64,000 bases of DNA. It comes from an uncultured beta proteobacterium. Lineage in GTDB: Bacteria; Pseudomonadota; Gammaproteobacteria; Burkholderiales; SG8-41. The stretch is from NCBI GenBank assembly GCA_942492335.1, contig CALOEN010000032.1, forward strand, positions 71,510 through 135,509, read 5' to 3'. Of this stretch, positions 25,001 through 33,143 are shown piece after piece (position 1 is the stretch's first letter; every line of letters starts with the position of its first letter). The translations under genes and the position numbers were made by a program. The notes beneath the pieces were generated by a model, which did not search any database, had not been told where the DNA came from, and saw only the letters and a list, made by a program, of their open reading frames with translations.

Positions 25001-25461
25001 TGGGCAATGGCATCACGCAGTTCGTCCACGTCGGGTAGATCCGGTATATCAAATCCCTTGTCTTCGGGCATACCGCTGGGGCCGCCGAATACCCGTCCTG
25101 TGATCAGGCGAATGACCTCCTGCACCAGTTTTATCAGGGCCGTAAACTGCACAGTGCTGCCGCCGCTCAGGGTACCGCTTAAGTTTGTTATCGGTGCAAG
25201 TATCTGCTCAAGGGGCCCGCTGAAATCCGTGGGCACGCTCAATCCGCCAAGTTCCGTCGACAGATTGGCAATTCCCTCCAGGCCGGGGGGCAGGGGAACC
25301 GCCTGGATAATATTCTGGAGACTCGCTAATTCCGCAGGTCCATCCATCAATTCCCGTACCGTTGAAATAATGTTGCCGAGTTGGGCGCCCTGTCCACTGA
25401 CTTGTGTATCCAGGTCGGCGGAACTTATGAGTGAATCCAATGAATCGAGCAGTCCTTCCAT
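22081..25461 (-). CDS. ~1126-aa alpha-helical hypothetical protein (tape-measure/apolipoprotein-like)
   Basis: Long open frame rich in A/L/D/E with amphipathic repeats (LxPSxLL, LxPVxxAI). ATG at 25461 follows AGGAG and overlaps the upstream TAA (TAATG). Confidence 0.75.
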   Translation of the reverse strand: MEGLLDSLDSLISSADLDTQVSGQGAQLGNIISTVRELMDGPAELASLQNIIQAVPLPPGLEGIANLSTELGGLSVPTDFSGPLEQILAPITNLSGTLSGGSTVQFTALIKLVQEVIRLITGRVFGGPSGMPEDKGFDIPDLPDVDELRDAIAQARSLVQGLGPRIDAPRLLEFLQGAAAGFATPLLRFPNLPVIDETMESLQTIATWQTLTPEQLNANLVRTIEMAAELIRTPRTRVAAPVLDAAGQINSGMLTLTTAHATLTDVFSTLRPKMLTASAHPAFSEMSLIEATAEKLEKLAMALHPELSPLARAQSLDEELTRSLLTVARALQPAFDITPVAEKVQELLAELPETATDIFSDVTTAIDEFNFSEVTGALQTVRDAVQSAVDEVNGVRETVRTEMTSLIAPVETALDTALTAAGFTEIQSALESLPGEIENFVNTEVLPAIDPVRQGIETAVNTVSNATNSFDPESLTAPVKKAVEDVAALLNNDTVRGTFAEVDHLLKNVIQALENLDLGSAADESISLIEEIEAKVEDIDPTAIPDAAKPIIRQAVKVVTDIEFTEEVSAPIATAVQTALVEGPGVVLKALEEGVDKLRHRLAQFKPSNIIGEELDGPFTQLIQTLQEFKPSDLLNHLQAALDGLAERVNVLDVGAVVDPLVDIHGRILSQVEALRPSVLLQPVNDAIEGAIEKVYEATKIDTLFDGINDALEYIQSWTVLLADTRDLLRDGANLFSEPGDATAAVNDLVNQAVAKLDEVDPARLQNAFAAAGEAVQSIERDAIAGDVARALQQTGQQGIPLLSSPAARQVIMLIRAFPLDTLRTHRMIPVRRRLVEAMERLNHVADILEAARQPWGSMSSKLLDAAGNLQEKLLDYYKVQQLNGGGIFEQFRNPPATVAALKETVHQALGDSLHAPLTTIVMIFQAFSPYIQLLAQGISDITDTLHAKMDTIVGDEGVGGTVNAVEDAVNILRDIDLAPVTDPLDQIHGRIETAANSLNPEPLRAVLEAARDAVGDLLSLSTIIDQNTIDTLNETCNAAVETIGALAPGRIIADTVDPVYEDLLADFLPVLDLPANLRKLLEAASLELKKEIDIELARVDVAFDDMLHPIPLATGTAGVSARVSA

Positions 25462-27407
25462 TACGTCGCTCCTGCTTGCCAAGGGTTATAGACCAGTACA
25501 AAATTGCTCAGGGACAAATCCACATCGCGGCGGCAGCTGAATCCCAGGCTTAACAGGCCGCCAAGGTCCGGGATGCGGTCGAGAAAGGGCTTGTGTGCGC
25601 TGTTTTGCGCAACCCAGAAGCGCCGAAACTGCGGCGGCAGTTGCCGTGCCCTGCCTGCCACCCCCACAAGATCGTTATTGAGAATGCCGTCGGTCCAGTT
25701 CAGCGTGACGGGTTCCAGGGGACCCGGGCTGCCGTTTTGATCGACTTCCACGACTGCCAGCTGCAGCACGGGTTTTGCCGTCAGGAGTGTCCAGCCTGCA
25801 CCGTCGTCACTGGAACGTTGTGTATCACCCGGGCTCTCCATGTCGGCGTGCCACCAGAATACCCCCCGGGTCACCCGGGCGACAACCCACACGGATTCGG
25901 GGTGGGGCGGCAGCATCTTGTCAGCGGCAAAGGCGGCACGTTGCCAGCCCGGTTGCGATGCCGGTGACAACGGTATGGAAACCGGCTCACCGATGGCGGG
26001 ACCAATACGGACGCCGTCGCCACTGTGCAAGGAAACAAGCAGTTCTCCCTCCTCGCTCGCCCTGCCGAACAACGCAACCCGTGCAATGGGCAGATTGCGT
26101 TCCACTCCGGTCAACGTCATGCGCCGGGCCAGCCTTGTCGTGTTGTCGACGCGGAATCCCCGGCGGGGACATTCAAAGGCTTCGTCGGCTGCCATCACCA
26201 GGCGCGCCGGGCCGTAGGTCCCGTCAATGGTAAAGCTGAAGCCCGAAGGCCTCAGGTTTTCAGGGACGGGCAGGTGAATGTGCCCGGGGGCGCCCAGTAA
26301 TGATTTTTCTTCAGCATCGCCGGAGAGGGGATAGCGCAGATAACGTGCGGTGGCCGCCGCAAGGTTGACGCGAAGGTTTCCGGGAGAGTCGGAGGTGAAA
26401 TTCAACTGCAGCCCCAGGTCGTCACCGCTGCCGGACGGATAGGATGATTTCAATAAACTCCGGGCGGCGGGGGCAAAGTCCACATGAAGAGGCGTGTTGC
26501 CGGGATCTGTATCAAAGCGTGACACAACTGGCTCGTCGGTAACCAAAGGTGCTGTTGCCGTGATACTGACCCCGGCGGGCCGAATATCATACCTGGCCGT
26601 CACCGATGCTGCCGACCATGAAATGCCGCCCACCTCAGTGGGTAATCCGCCATGGGCGCGGTCACTGTTATCAGAACTCACCCCCAGCAGCAATTTGAAG
26701 TCCGTCACCGGTAACGGGACAGACAAATTCAAGATCGCTTTTATTTTCCCTCCGGCGGCAAAAACGGATAACGACGCTCCCCCCAGTGCAGGCCCGTACA
26801 TATCACCGCCCTGTCCGGGCATGTCAAAATGGGGGGCGGCCGCCATGGGTGGCCCGTATGCGCCATTGGCGGCGGGGCGTATAAGAAAGTGCACATATTC
26901 GGCTCCACTGGTTGAACCGTTGACTTCGGCATTCACCCGGCCGCTGCCGCCGTCAAAACGGTATACGACACGCCCCACGCTTCCGTTTGCTCCATTACCT
27001 TCAACAACATGGGTTTTGGATGCTGACGCCGGCAGCATCAAATCTTCGATTTCTATGCGTTCAAGACTTACAGGTGCTCCGGAGACAACGGGATTATAGT
27101 CAAAGGGCAGCCCGTCCGGTGATACGTTTTGTGCCGATACTGTTTTATCATCACTCAATGACGTGCTGGACAGATCGAAACCGACGGATTCCACTTCCAC
27201 TTCATCGAGTCCCGGCAGGCGGGGGATGGGTACGGGCAGTGACTGGACTTGGCCGGCGGAGGTGAATTCCAGGATTTCTCCTTCCGGCCGGGTTGGCTCC
27301 AGTTGCACGGCATAAGGTGCCAAAGCCGCGGCAGACCGCACTCCGAGGCTTTCAAACGTCAGCTCTGCCAGAGAAAAATCAAATGCAGGTCCCAGTATCC
27401 ATGCCAT
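25461..27407 (-). CDS. 648-aa beta-rich hypothetical protein
   Basis: Long ORF with coherent codon usage, coupled to its neighbours by TGATG and TAATG overlaps. No family recognised. Confidence 0.75.
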   Translation of the reverse strand: MAWILGPAFDFSLAELTFESLGVRSAAALAPYAVQLEPTRPEGEILEFTSAGQVQSLPVPIPRLPGLDEVEVESVGFDLSSTSLSDDKTVSAQNVSPDGLPFDYNPVVSGAPVSLERIEIEDLMLPASASKTHVVEGNGANGSVGRVVYRFDGGSGRVNAEVNGSTSGAEYVHFLIRPAANGAYGPPMAAAPHFDMPGQGGDMYGPALGGASLSVFAAGGKIKAILNLSVPLPVTDFKLLLGVSSDNSDRAHGGLPTEVGGISWSAASVTARYDIRPAGVSITATAPLVTDEPVVSRFDTDPGNTPLHVDFAPAARSLLKSSYPSGSGDDLGLQLNFTSDSPGNLRVNLAAATARYLRYPLSGDAEEKSLLGAPGHIHLPVPENLRPSGFSFTIDGTYGPARLVMAADEAFECPRRGFRVDNTTRLARRMTLTGVERNLPIARVALFGRASEEGELLVSLHSGDGVRIGPAIGEPVSIPLSPASQPGWQRAAFAADKMLPPHPESVWVVARVTRGVFWWHADMESPGDTQRSSDDGAGWTLLTAKPVLQLAVVEVDQNGSPGPLEPVTLNWTDGILNNDLVGVAGRARQLPPQFRRFWVAQNSAHKPFLDRIPDLGGLLSLGFSCRRDVDLSLSNFVLVYNPWQAGAT

Positions 27408-28312
27408 CAGCTTTCCACCTTAATCGTCAGTTCACCCAGGGAGACAGTTCGATGATTGGTATGTGCCAGGCTGAGCACTATCCTTACCCGGGTATCGTTG
27501 TTCAGGCTTGCCGGCGGACGATAGACCAGGTTAAACACATTTTCAGCACCTGGCTCGTAAGCCACAAAGCCCACGGGCGCATGGGTTGTATCACCAATAA
27601 GTTCACCGGGCGGGGATGCCCCTTTCATGCGCGCTACAAGACGCACCGGGGCCCCATTCAACGGGCGCAGATCGACATGCAGCGGTACCGTCACATCCCC
27701 TGCGCCTGCGCCGGCTTTGATGTTTTCCGGTATCTGAACCGGCAGGATGGCGATGCGTGTCGGCAGGGTTTCGATCATATCACCTGCGGCAGCGGCTCCC
27801 ACAGGCCAGAAACGCCCGGTATACCGGTAGGTTGCCCGTAATGTGTGAAAACTTTCACGCTGTTCCGGCAAAGGCCCCAGCCTGGTCAACCGAAAGCCCT
27901 CCAGGTCAAAACCAGGATCAGGACCTGTCTGAAATGCCTGTCCCGTTCGCAGGTTTTCATCATGCAGCACCATCAGTGCGCGGTCCAGCACCTGCATCAG
28001 CAGCGGGCGGTTTATACGTGCATCACCATCCTGAGGCGTGGCTGCAACGGCAAAATCCACAGCCACGGTGCCGGTAAGAAAAAGGGTGGGGCGCAATTGA
28101 TAATTACGGCGTTGTCCCAGGCGTTCACGGGCATCGTCGCCAAGATGGCTGTTCGATGCCCCCGTTAACACTCTGACGGTAACAACGACCCGTTGCGCAT
28201 TTTCCGCGACCAGGTCCGGGATATCATCACGTGGCCGCACAACGACGCTGTCCGAGCCGGCAAGGCCGTCTGAGAGCATGTCTGTGAGTCGATTTTCAAA
28301 TGGGTCGAGCAT
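27407..28312 (-). CDS. 301-aa hypothetical protein; N-terminus resembles Pvc16/tail-terminator-type proteins
   Basis: GAGG RBS; helix-beta-beta-helix pattern (MLDPFENRLTDMLSDGL...LMQVLDRALMVLHD). The resemblance is by eye only. Confidence 0.65.
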   Translation of the reverse strand: MLDPFENRLTDMLSDGLAGSDSVVVRPRDDIPDLVAENAQRVVVTVRVLTGASNSHLGDDARERLGQRRNYQLRPTLFLTGTVAVDFAVAATPQDGDARINRPLLMQVLDRALMVLHDENLRTGQAFQTGPDPGFDLEGFRLTRLGPLPEQRESFHTLRATYRYTGRFWPVGAAAAGDMIETLPTRIAILPVQIPENIKAGAGAGDVTVPLHVDLRPLNGAPVRLVARMKGASPPGELIGDTTHAPVGFVAYEPGAENVFNLVYRPPASLNNDTRVRIVLSLAHTNHRTVSLGELTIKVES

Positions 28313-28616
28313 AATGAATCCTCAGGACTGTTGACGAAATGAACTGGTCATAATAAATTCGGTCTCATTTGCAGACCGACATGAATAGAACCTCTGTTAA
28401 TGAACTGAAAAACCGATATATATTAGGATTATGGTGCGTGGAACGCACCCTGCGTTGTCCTTCGAGAAGCTATTTTAAAATTCCAGCATTTACAGAGATC
28501 TCAAAACTTTGGTTAGCGTTTATGGGGCGTTTCCCTGTGCTTAATTTCAATTGGCCGCGCAGTTGTGAATTTGTGTACTAAGTACACCGCGGCATAAATG
28601 CGCCGCTGGTTTGATT

Positions 28617-28691
28617 TGCCTCCGGCGGCCCTCCGGGGGCTCTCCGAGGGGCCTCCCGGCGGGCCAGCTTTAAAAAGCTGGGCAAACAGAT
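28617..28691. repeat. Intergenic palindromic repeat, copy 2
   Basis: Same core as 21961-22035. Confidence 0.85.
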
Positions 28692-28730
28692 CGGCTCATG
28701 CCGACCTACCCGACTGATGTATTCCCGTTA

Positions 28731-29675
28731 TTATGGAATTCTCCTTCTTTCGATCCTCGTTCCTGCGATTCTGTTTCTTTCGATCTTCGTCAACCGTGTA
28801 TTCAAGGTTCCCAACTGGTCCGGTAAAGCCTGCAAACGCGGCATGGTTTTTTCGATACTGCCGACAGACCGGTTGATCCGCCTTACAACCGTGTTGGTTT
28901 CGGCTATGGCGGATTCCACAACGCTTACCCGCTTATCAATGGTATCGGTGGTGATAGTTCGAGTGGAAAAGTCATCCAGCTGTTTATCCACAGTGGTTCG
29001 CCATCCGATAATCTCCTGCTGGGATTTCGACAGGCGATCCACCTGCACCCTCACTCCTGCCAGATTGTCAAGTTCCGCTTCGTTGGCGCTTATCCGTATC
29101 ATCGTATTCTGAATGCCTGTGCTGTTGGCCTTGATCTGCTCCTGCATCTTTGCAATGCCCGGCAGCGACTGTTCAATGGTTCCGACCCGGTTGGTGATAC
29201 TGCTCACCCGACCGGACAGGATATCCATATGGCCCATTCCGCTCTCCACCTTGTCAACACGGGTAACAAGGCCATCCAGATCGGTTTTCATACTGTCCAT
29301 GTCGCCGGAGCGGGTTTCCAGGGAGTTTAAGCGCGAACGGATTTTGGGCAGCTCTGCAATGGATGTCTGGTTGCTTTTAACTCCTGTTTCAACGCCCGAT
29401 ATGCGCGTGCCGTGGGAGGCGAGCCGGTCGGGAACTCCTTTTAAAGCCGCAAGGGAAGTCATTGCCGATGACATGCCATTTTCCACCTTGTCAAGCCGGG
29501 TGCCGTGTTTCGTGATGTTGCCGTCCAGTTCCGTAAATTGTGATGTCAGGGTATTGCCCGTGTTGGTAATGGTTTCGAATTGCGGTACGAATTTTTCCTC
29601 CACCTGCGTCGCAACCTTTTTCACCAGGCCCGCTTCATCGAGAATGTCACCCTCGCGCAGGCGTTTCAGGATCAC
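28731..29675 (-). CDS. Long coiled-coil protein, probably 5'-truncated
   Basis: Repeated heptads of the type RLDKVE, RISGVE, RLNSLE, RVDKVE, RVGTIE, RVSVVE, RLTKIE. Confidence 0.75.
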   Translation of the reverse strand: MILKRLREGDILDEAGLVKKVATQVEEKFVPQFETITNTGNTLTSQFTELDGNITKHGTRLDKVENGMSSAMTSLAALKGVPDRLASHGTRISGVETGVKSNQTSIAELPKIRSRLNSLETRSGDMDSMKTDLDGLVTRVDKVESGMGHMDILSGRVSSITNRVGTIEQSLPGIAKMQEQIKANSTGIQNTMIRISANEAELDNLAGVRVQVDRLSKSQQEIIGWRTTVDKQLDDFSTRTITTDTIDKRVSVVESAIAETNTVVRRINRSVGSIEKTMPRLQALPDQLGTLNTRLTKIERNRIAGTRIERRRIP

Positions 29676-30346
29676 TGCTGGTCAGCATCGACGGCATGCT
29701 CCGCCATGACGAGCAGCGCGGCAAGCAGGGCTCGTTCGAGAAGACGTTCGGCAATTTAGAGGCCCTGCGCAAACGCTATCCGGAGCTGTCCATCACGCTC
29801 AAGTACACCATCACCCCGGTGAACTACGACGAGCTGCTCAAGTCCTATGAATTCTTGAGCGGCCATGGCTATCGCTTCACCGCCAAGATGTTGGAATACA
29901 ACCCGCATTACACCAACAAGCTCACCGGCGCGATCGAGGACCGGGCCACGGGATTCACCACCGGGCAAGTGTCCGAAATCAAGCGCCAGCTGGAGGCCAT
30001 CCTGGCTCTGGCCCCACGCGGTCGCCGTCACGCCCGGCGGGTGGCCGAGATGCAGGAGGTGCTGGATTCCCTCGATCCGCAATGGCGTCGCCCGGGGCGC
30101 TGCTCTACACCCAAGAACGTGGCCTTTCTGGACTGCGATTTGAATCTTTTTACCTGTAAGGAGTACGGCCCCGTCGTCAACCTGCAAGAGGAGCGCCTCG
30201 ACGACCTGAGCAAACGCTCGCAGTTCCAGGACATCGTCGCGCACGAACGCCAAAACAGCGGCCAGTGCACCCGTTGCACGTCGCAGATGAAACGCAGCTC
30301 GGAGGCCCAACGATGGCTTGGCTATCTCGCGTCCTGGGCGCGCTGA
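29675..30346 (+). CDS. Radical SAM/SPASM protein, C-terminal part only
   Basis: LVSIDG...HDEQRG..GSF, then SPASM/twitch cysteines (C...DCDLNLFTC...CTRC). The CxxxCxxC motif is not in the window. Confidence 0.8.
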   Translation: MLVSIDGMLRHDEQRGKQGSFEKTFGNLEALRKRYPELSITLKYTITPVNYDELLKSYEFLSGHGYRFTAKMLEYNPHYTNKLTGAIEDRATGFTTGQVSEIKRQLEAILALAPRGRRHARRVAEMQEVLDSLDPQWRRPGRCSTPKNVAFLDCDLNLFTCKEYGPVVNLQEERLDDLSKRSQFQDIVAHERQNSGQCTRCTSQMKRSSEAQRWLGYLASWAR

Positions 30347-31455
30347 GCCGCCGCAGGCGCTGGGGCGGCGTCGGCAGCGACGCCGATCTCGGCGCCGCGC
30401 TGCGCGCGGAGCTCGAGGGCGTGCTGCGTCTGAACAGCATTGGCCAACAGAGACGCTATGTGCGCGCGTTTGAGCATCGCTTCGCCGCGCACCTGGGACT
30501 GGCGGACGCGGTCGGCATGAATTCAGGCACGTCCGCCCTGTATTTCGCCCTCAAGGCCTTGGGAGTCGGTCCGGGGGACGAGGTCGTCACAGTCGCCAAC
30601 ACCTGGATCAGCACCCTGACCGCGGTGCGCGAAACCGGTGCCGAATGTCGCTTCGCGGACCTGGATCCGGCGAGCGGTCAAATGGACCCGGACGCCTTGG
30701 AGACAGCCATCACGGAACGCACGCGGGTGCTGCTGCCCGTACACATGTATGGTATCGCCGCGGACATGCCGCGTTTATCGGACATCGCCGAGCGCCACGG
30801 ACTGGCGGTGGTGGAAGATGCCTGCCAGGGTATCGGCGCGCACTGTGGCGGGGCCCCCGCCGGCACCTTTGGTACCCTGGGATGCTTCAGCTTTCACGCC
30901 AACAAGCTGGTCGGCGCACCGGCCGACGGTGGCATGGTCGTCGGCCGCGATCCGGCCCTGTTGGCCCGGGTGCGGGCCATGGCCGAGGCCAACTGGAGCG
31001 GGGACATGCATGAGGTCCAAACGCGCATCCCCAGCCGCCTTCCGCCCTTGGCGATCCCCGTGCTCAAGGCCAAGCTCGCCCGGCTTGATGAGCGGGTAGC
31101 AGCGCGTAAGGCGCAATTCGAGGTCTATCGGGACGGCTTGGCCAACGCCGCCGGCCTGGATCTGCTTGCTCCGGGCGCCGGTGCCGTCGCCTCCCATCGT
31201 TGTTGCGTGCTGATCGCGAGCGAGCCGCGCATGGCCGCGCATGTCCTCGGCCGCGCTGGTTGGGTGGCCGAGCCCATGTACAAGCAATCCGTGGCCCTGC
31301 TGGAATCCTTGCTAGCCCGTGGCATCGACCTTCCGGTGACCGAGCGCCTGTTGCGTCGTCAGCTGTTGCTCCCCATCGGTCCAGAGGTCACCACGGCGCA
31401 GCAGCATGCCGTGCTCGCCGCACTATCCAGCCTTTGCGTGAAACACGCGGCGTAA
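30313..31455 (+). CDS. DegT/DnrJ/EryC1/StrS aminotransferase
   Basis: NSGTSAL, GVGPGDEV, VVEDACQ, FSFHANK (PLP lysine). GGAGG lies 7 nt before ATG 30313. Confidence 0.9.
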   Translation: MAWLSRVLGALSRRRRWGGVGSDADLGAALRAELEGVLRLNSIGQQRRYVRAFEHRFAAHLGLADAVGMNSGTSALYFALKALGVGPGDEVVTVANTWISTLTAVRETGAECRFADLDPASGQMDPDALETAITERTRVLLPVHMYGIAADMPRLSDIAERHGLAVVEDACQGIGAHCGGAPAGTFGTLGCFSFHANKLVGAPADGGMVVGRDPALLARVRAMAEANWSGDMHEVQTRIPSRLPPLAIPVLKAKLARLDERVAARKAQFEVYRDGLANAAGLDLLAPGAGAVASHRCCVLIASEPRMAAHVLGRAGWVAEPMYKQSVALLESLLARGIDLPVTERLLRRQLLLPIGPEVTTAQQHAVLAALSSLCVKHAA

Positions 31456-31460
31456 CCCCA

Positions 31461-33143
31461 GTGTTGAACTTGCTTTCGGTATCCCGTTTGCGGCTGGCTC
31501 ATGCCGTCGGGCTCAGCCTGGTGGCCGGGCTGTGCAACACGGCCTTGTTGTATCTGCTCAGCCATGCTCAAGACGGGCATTCGCCCTATGTCGCCGTCGG
31601 CTTGTTCAGCCTGGCATTAGTCGGGTTTTTCGTGAGCCAACGCTGGCTGCTGCACAGCATCGCACGACAATCGGAACACGTATTACGTCAATTGCGCGTG
31701 GACTTGGCGCGACGTGTGCTGCGCACGCGCTACGCCGAGCTGGAGGAGGTGGGACGCGCCGAACTGTTGTCAGCTCTGACTCACGACGCCACGGTGCTGA
31801 GCCAGTTCTGGCCACTTCTGGTCAACCTGCTGCTGGCCGCCGCTACCATCGTGTTTTCGCTGATCTATCTCGGTCTATTGGCGCCGCTGGCCTTCGGCAT
31901 CACGGTCGCCGCCCTGCTAACCGGAATCGCCTTGGTGCTGTTCATCGGCCGCCGATCCCGCGCCTTGCTGGAGAGCGCGCGCACCCGCCAGGATCTGTTC
32001 TTGGCCATCGTTGACGACCTCTTGGACGGTGTGAAGGAGCTCAAGATCAGCCAGGGGCGGCGCCATGATCTGTATCGTCGCGAGCTGACCGAGACCACCG
32101 ATCTCTATCTTGACGAGAGTACCCGGGCCAAGCTGGCCTCGCACGATGCGGCATTGGCTGGTCAAGGCGTTTTCTTCATACTCGCCGGGCTGGTGGCCTT
32201 CATGCTGCCGCACGCCCAAATCATCGACACGGAAGCCCGCTTCGCCTTCCTGCTGGTGCTGCTCTATCTCATGGGGCCGCTGACCCGCATTACGGGTAAT
32301 CTACCCCTGATCAACAATGCACGTGTTTCGGCGCGCCGCATCCTCAAGCTCCGCGAGCGCTTGGCCGCTGCGGTCGAGTTGAATTGCGACGCCGACCAGG
32401 CGCCGACGCGCAGCTGTTTTTCCGCCGATTGGCAGCGGCTACACCTCGCGGACGCTCGCTATGTCTACGCCGATCAGACGGGGCGCAGTTTCTCCCTAGG
32501 GCCCCTCAACCTGGACATCCGGCGCGGCGAATGCTTGTTCGTGGTCGGTGGCAACGGTTCCGGAAAATCCACTCTGGGCAAGGTGCTCACGGGGTTGTAT
32601 CTGCCCACCGGCGGGGTCATCCGCGTGGGCGACATCGAGGTAACCGCGCACAATCAGGACGAGTATCGGCAACTGTTCAGCGTGGTTTTCAGCGATTTCC
32701 ATTTGTTCGAACGGCTCACCGGGCTCACCGCGAAGGCGCGCGCCCGGGCTCCGGAATTACTGGTGGACTTGGGCTTGCCCGTGGACTTGTTGGCGAGTCC
32801 GGACAGCGCACGTTTTTCGGCCCTTTCCAAGGGGCAGCAGCGACGCCTGGCCCTAATCCTGGCCTATCTGGAGGAACGCAGCATTTTCTTCTTCGACGAA
32901 TGGGCGGCGGATCAGGACCCGGTCTATCGCGAGCGATTCTACCGCGACATCCTGCCCAGTTTGCAGGTGGCAGGCAGGACCGTGGTAGCGGTCACCCACG
33001 ACGACCGTTTTTTTCACCTCGCCGACCGCGTCATCGAACTGGACAAGGGCCGGATCGTCAATTCGGATCAGGATGGCGGACCCGGGTGCGCCGGCACGCC
33101 AGCGTTGCGACTGCGCGCGGAAAACAATGGGGAGGCGGCTTGA
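31461..33143 (+). CDS. Cyclic-peptide export ABC transporter (SyrD/PvdE/YojI family)
   Basis: Six-TM domain, LLDGVKELK, GGNGSGKST, LSKGQQRRLAL, FDEWAADQDP, THDD. Confidence 0.92.
   Translation: MLNLLSVSRLRLAHAVGLSLVAGLCNTALLYLLSHAQDGHSPYVAVGLFSLALVGFFVSQRWLLHSIARQSEHVLRQLRVDLARRVLRTRYAELEEVGRAELLSALTHDATVLSQFWPLLVNLLLAAATIVFSLIYLGLLAPLAFGITVAALLTGIALVLFIGRRSRALLESARTRQDLFLAIVDDLLDGVKELKISQGRRHDLYRRELTETTDLYLDESTRAKLASHDAALAGQGVFFILAGLVAFMLPHAQIIDTEARFAFLLVLLYLMGPLTRITGNLPLINNARVSARRILKLRERLAAAVELNCDADQAPTRSCFSADWQRLHLADARYVYADQTGRSFSLGPLNLDIRRGECLFVVGGNGSGKSTLGKVLTGLYLPTGGVIRVGDIEVTAHNQDEYRQLFSVVFSDFHLFERLTGLTAKARARAPELLVDLGLPVDLLASPDSARFSALSKGQQRRLALILAYLEERSIFFFDEWAADQDPVYRERFYRDILPSLQVAGRTVVAVTHDDRFFHLADRVIELDKGRIVNSDQDGGPGCAGTPALRLRAENNGEAA

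Noticed and set aside
28500-28560. c-di-GMP-I riboswitch (GCACAGGGAAAC on the minus strand)
   Set aside because: It lacks the GAAA tetraloop stem and the downstream GGGACGCAAAG elements of the motif.
12558-29675. Restriction-site ligation as the cause of the junctions (AAGCTT near 12564, GATC near 29670)
   Set aside because: The sites differ between junctions and none is present at 17577, so chance occurrence is sufficient.
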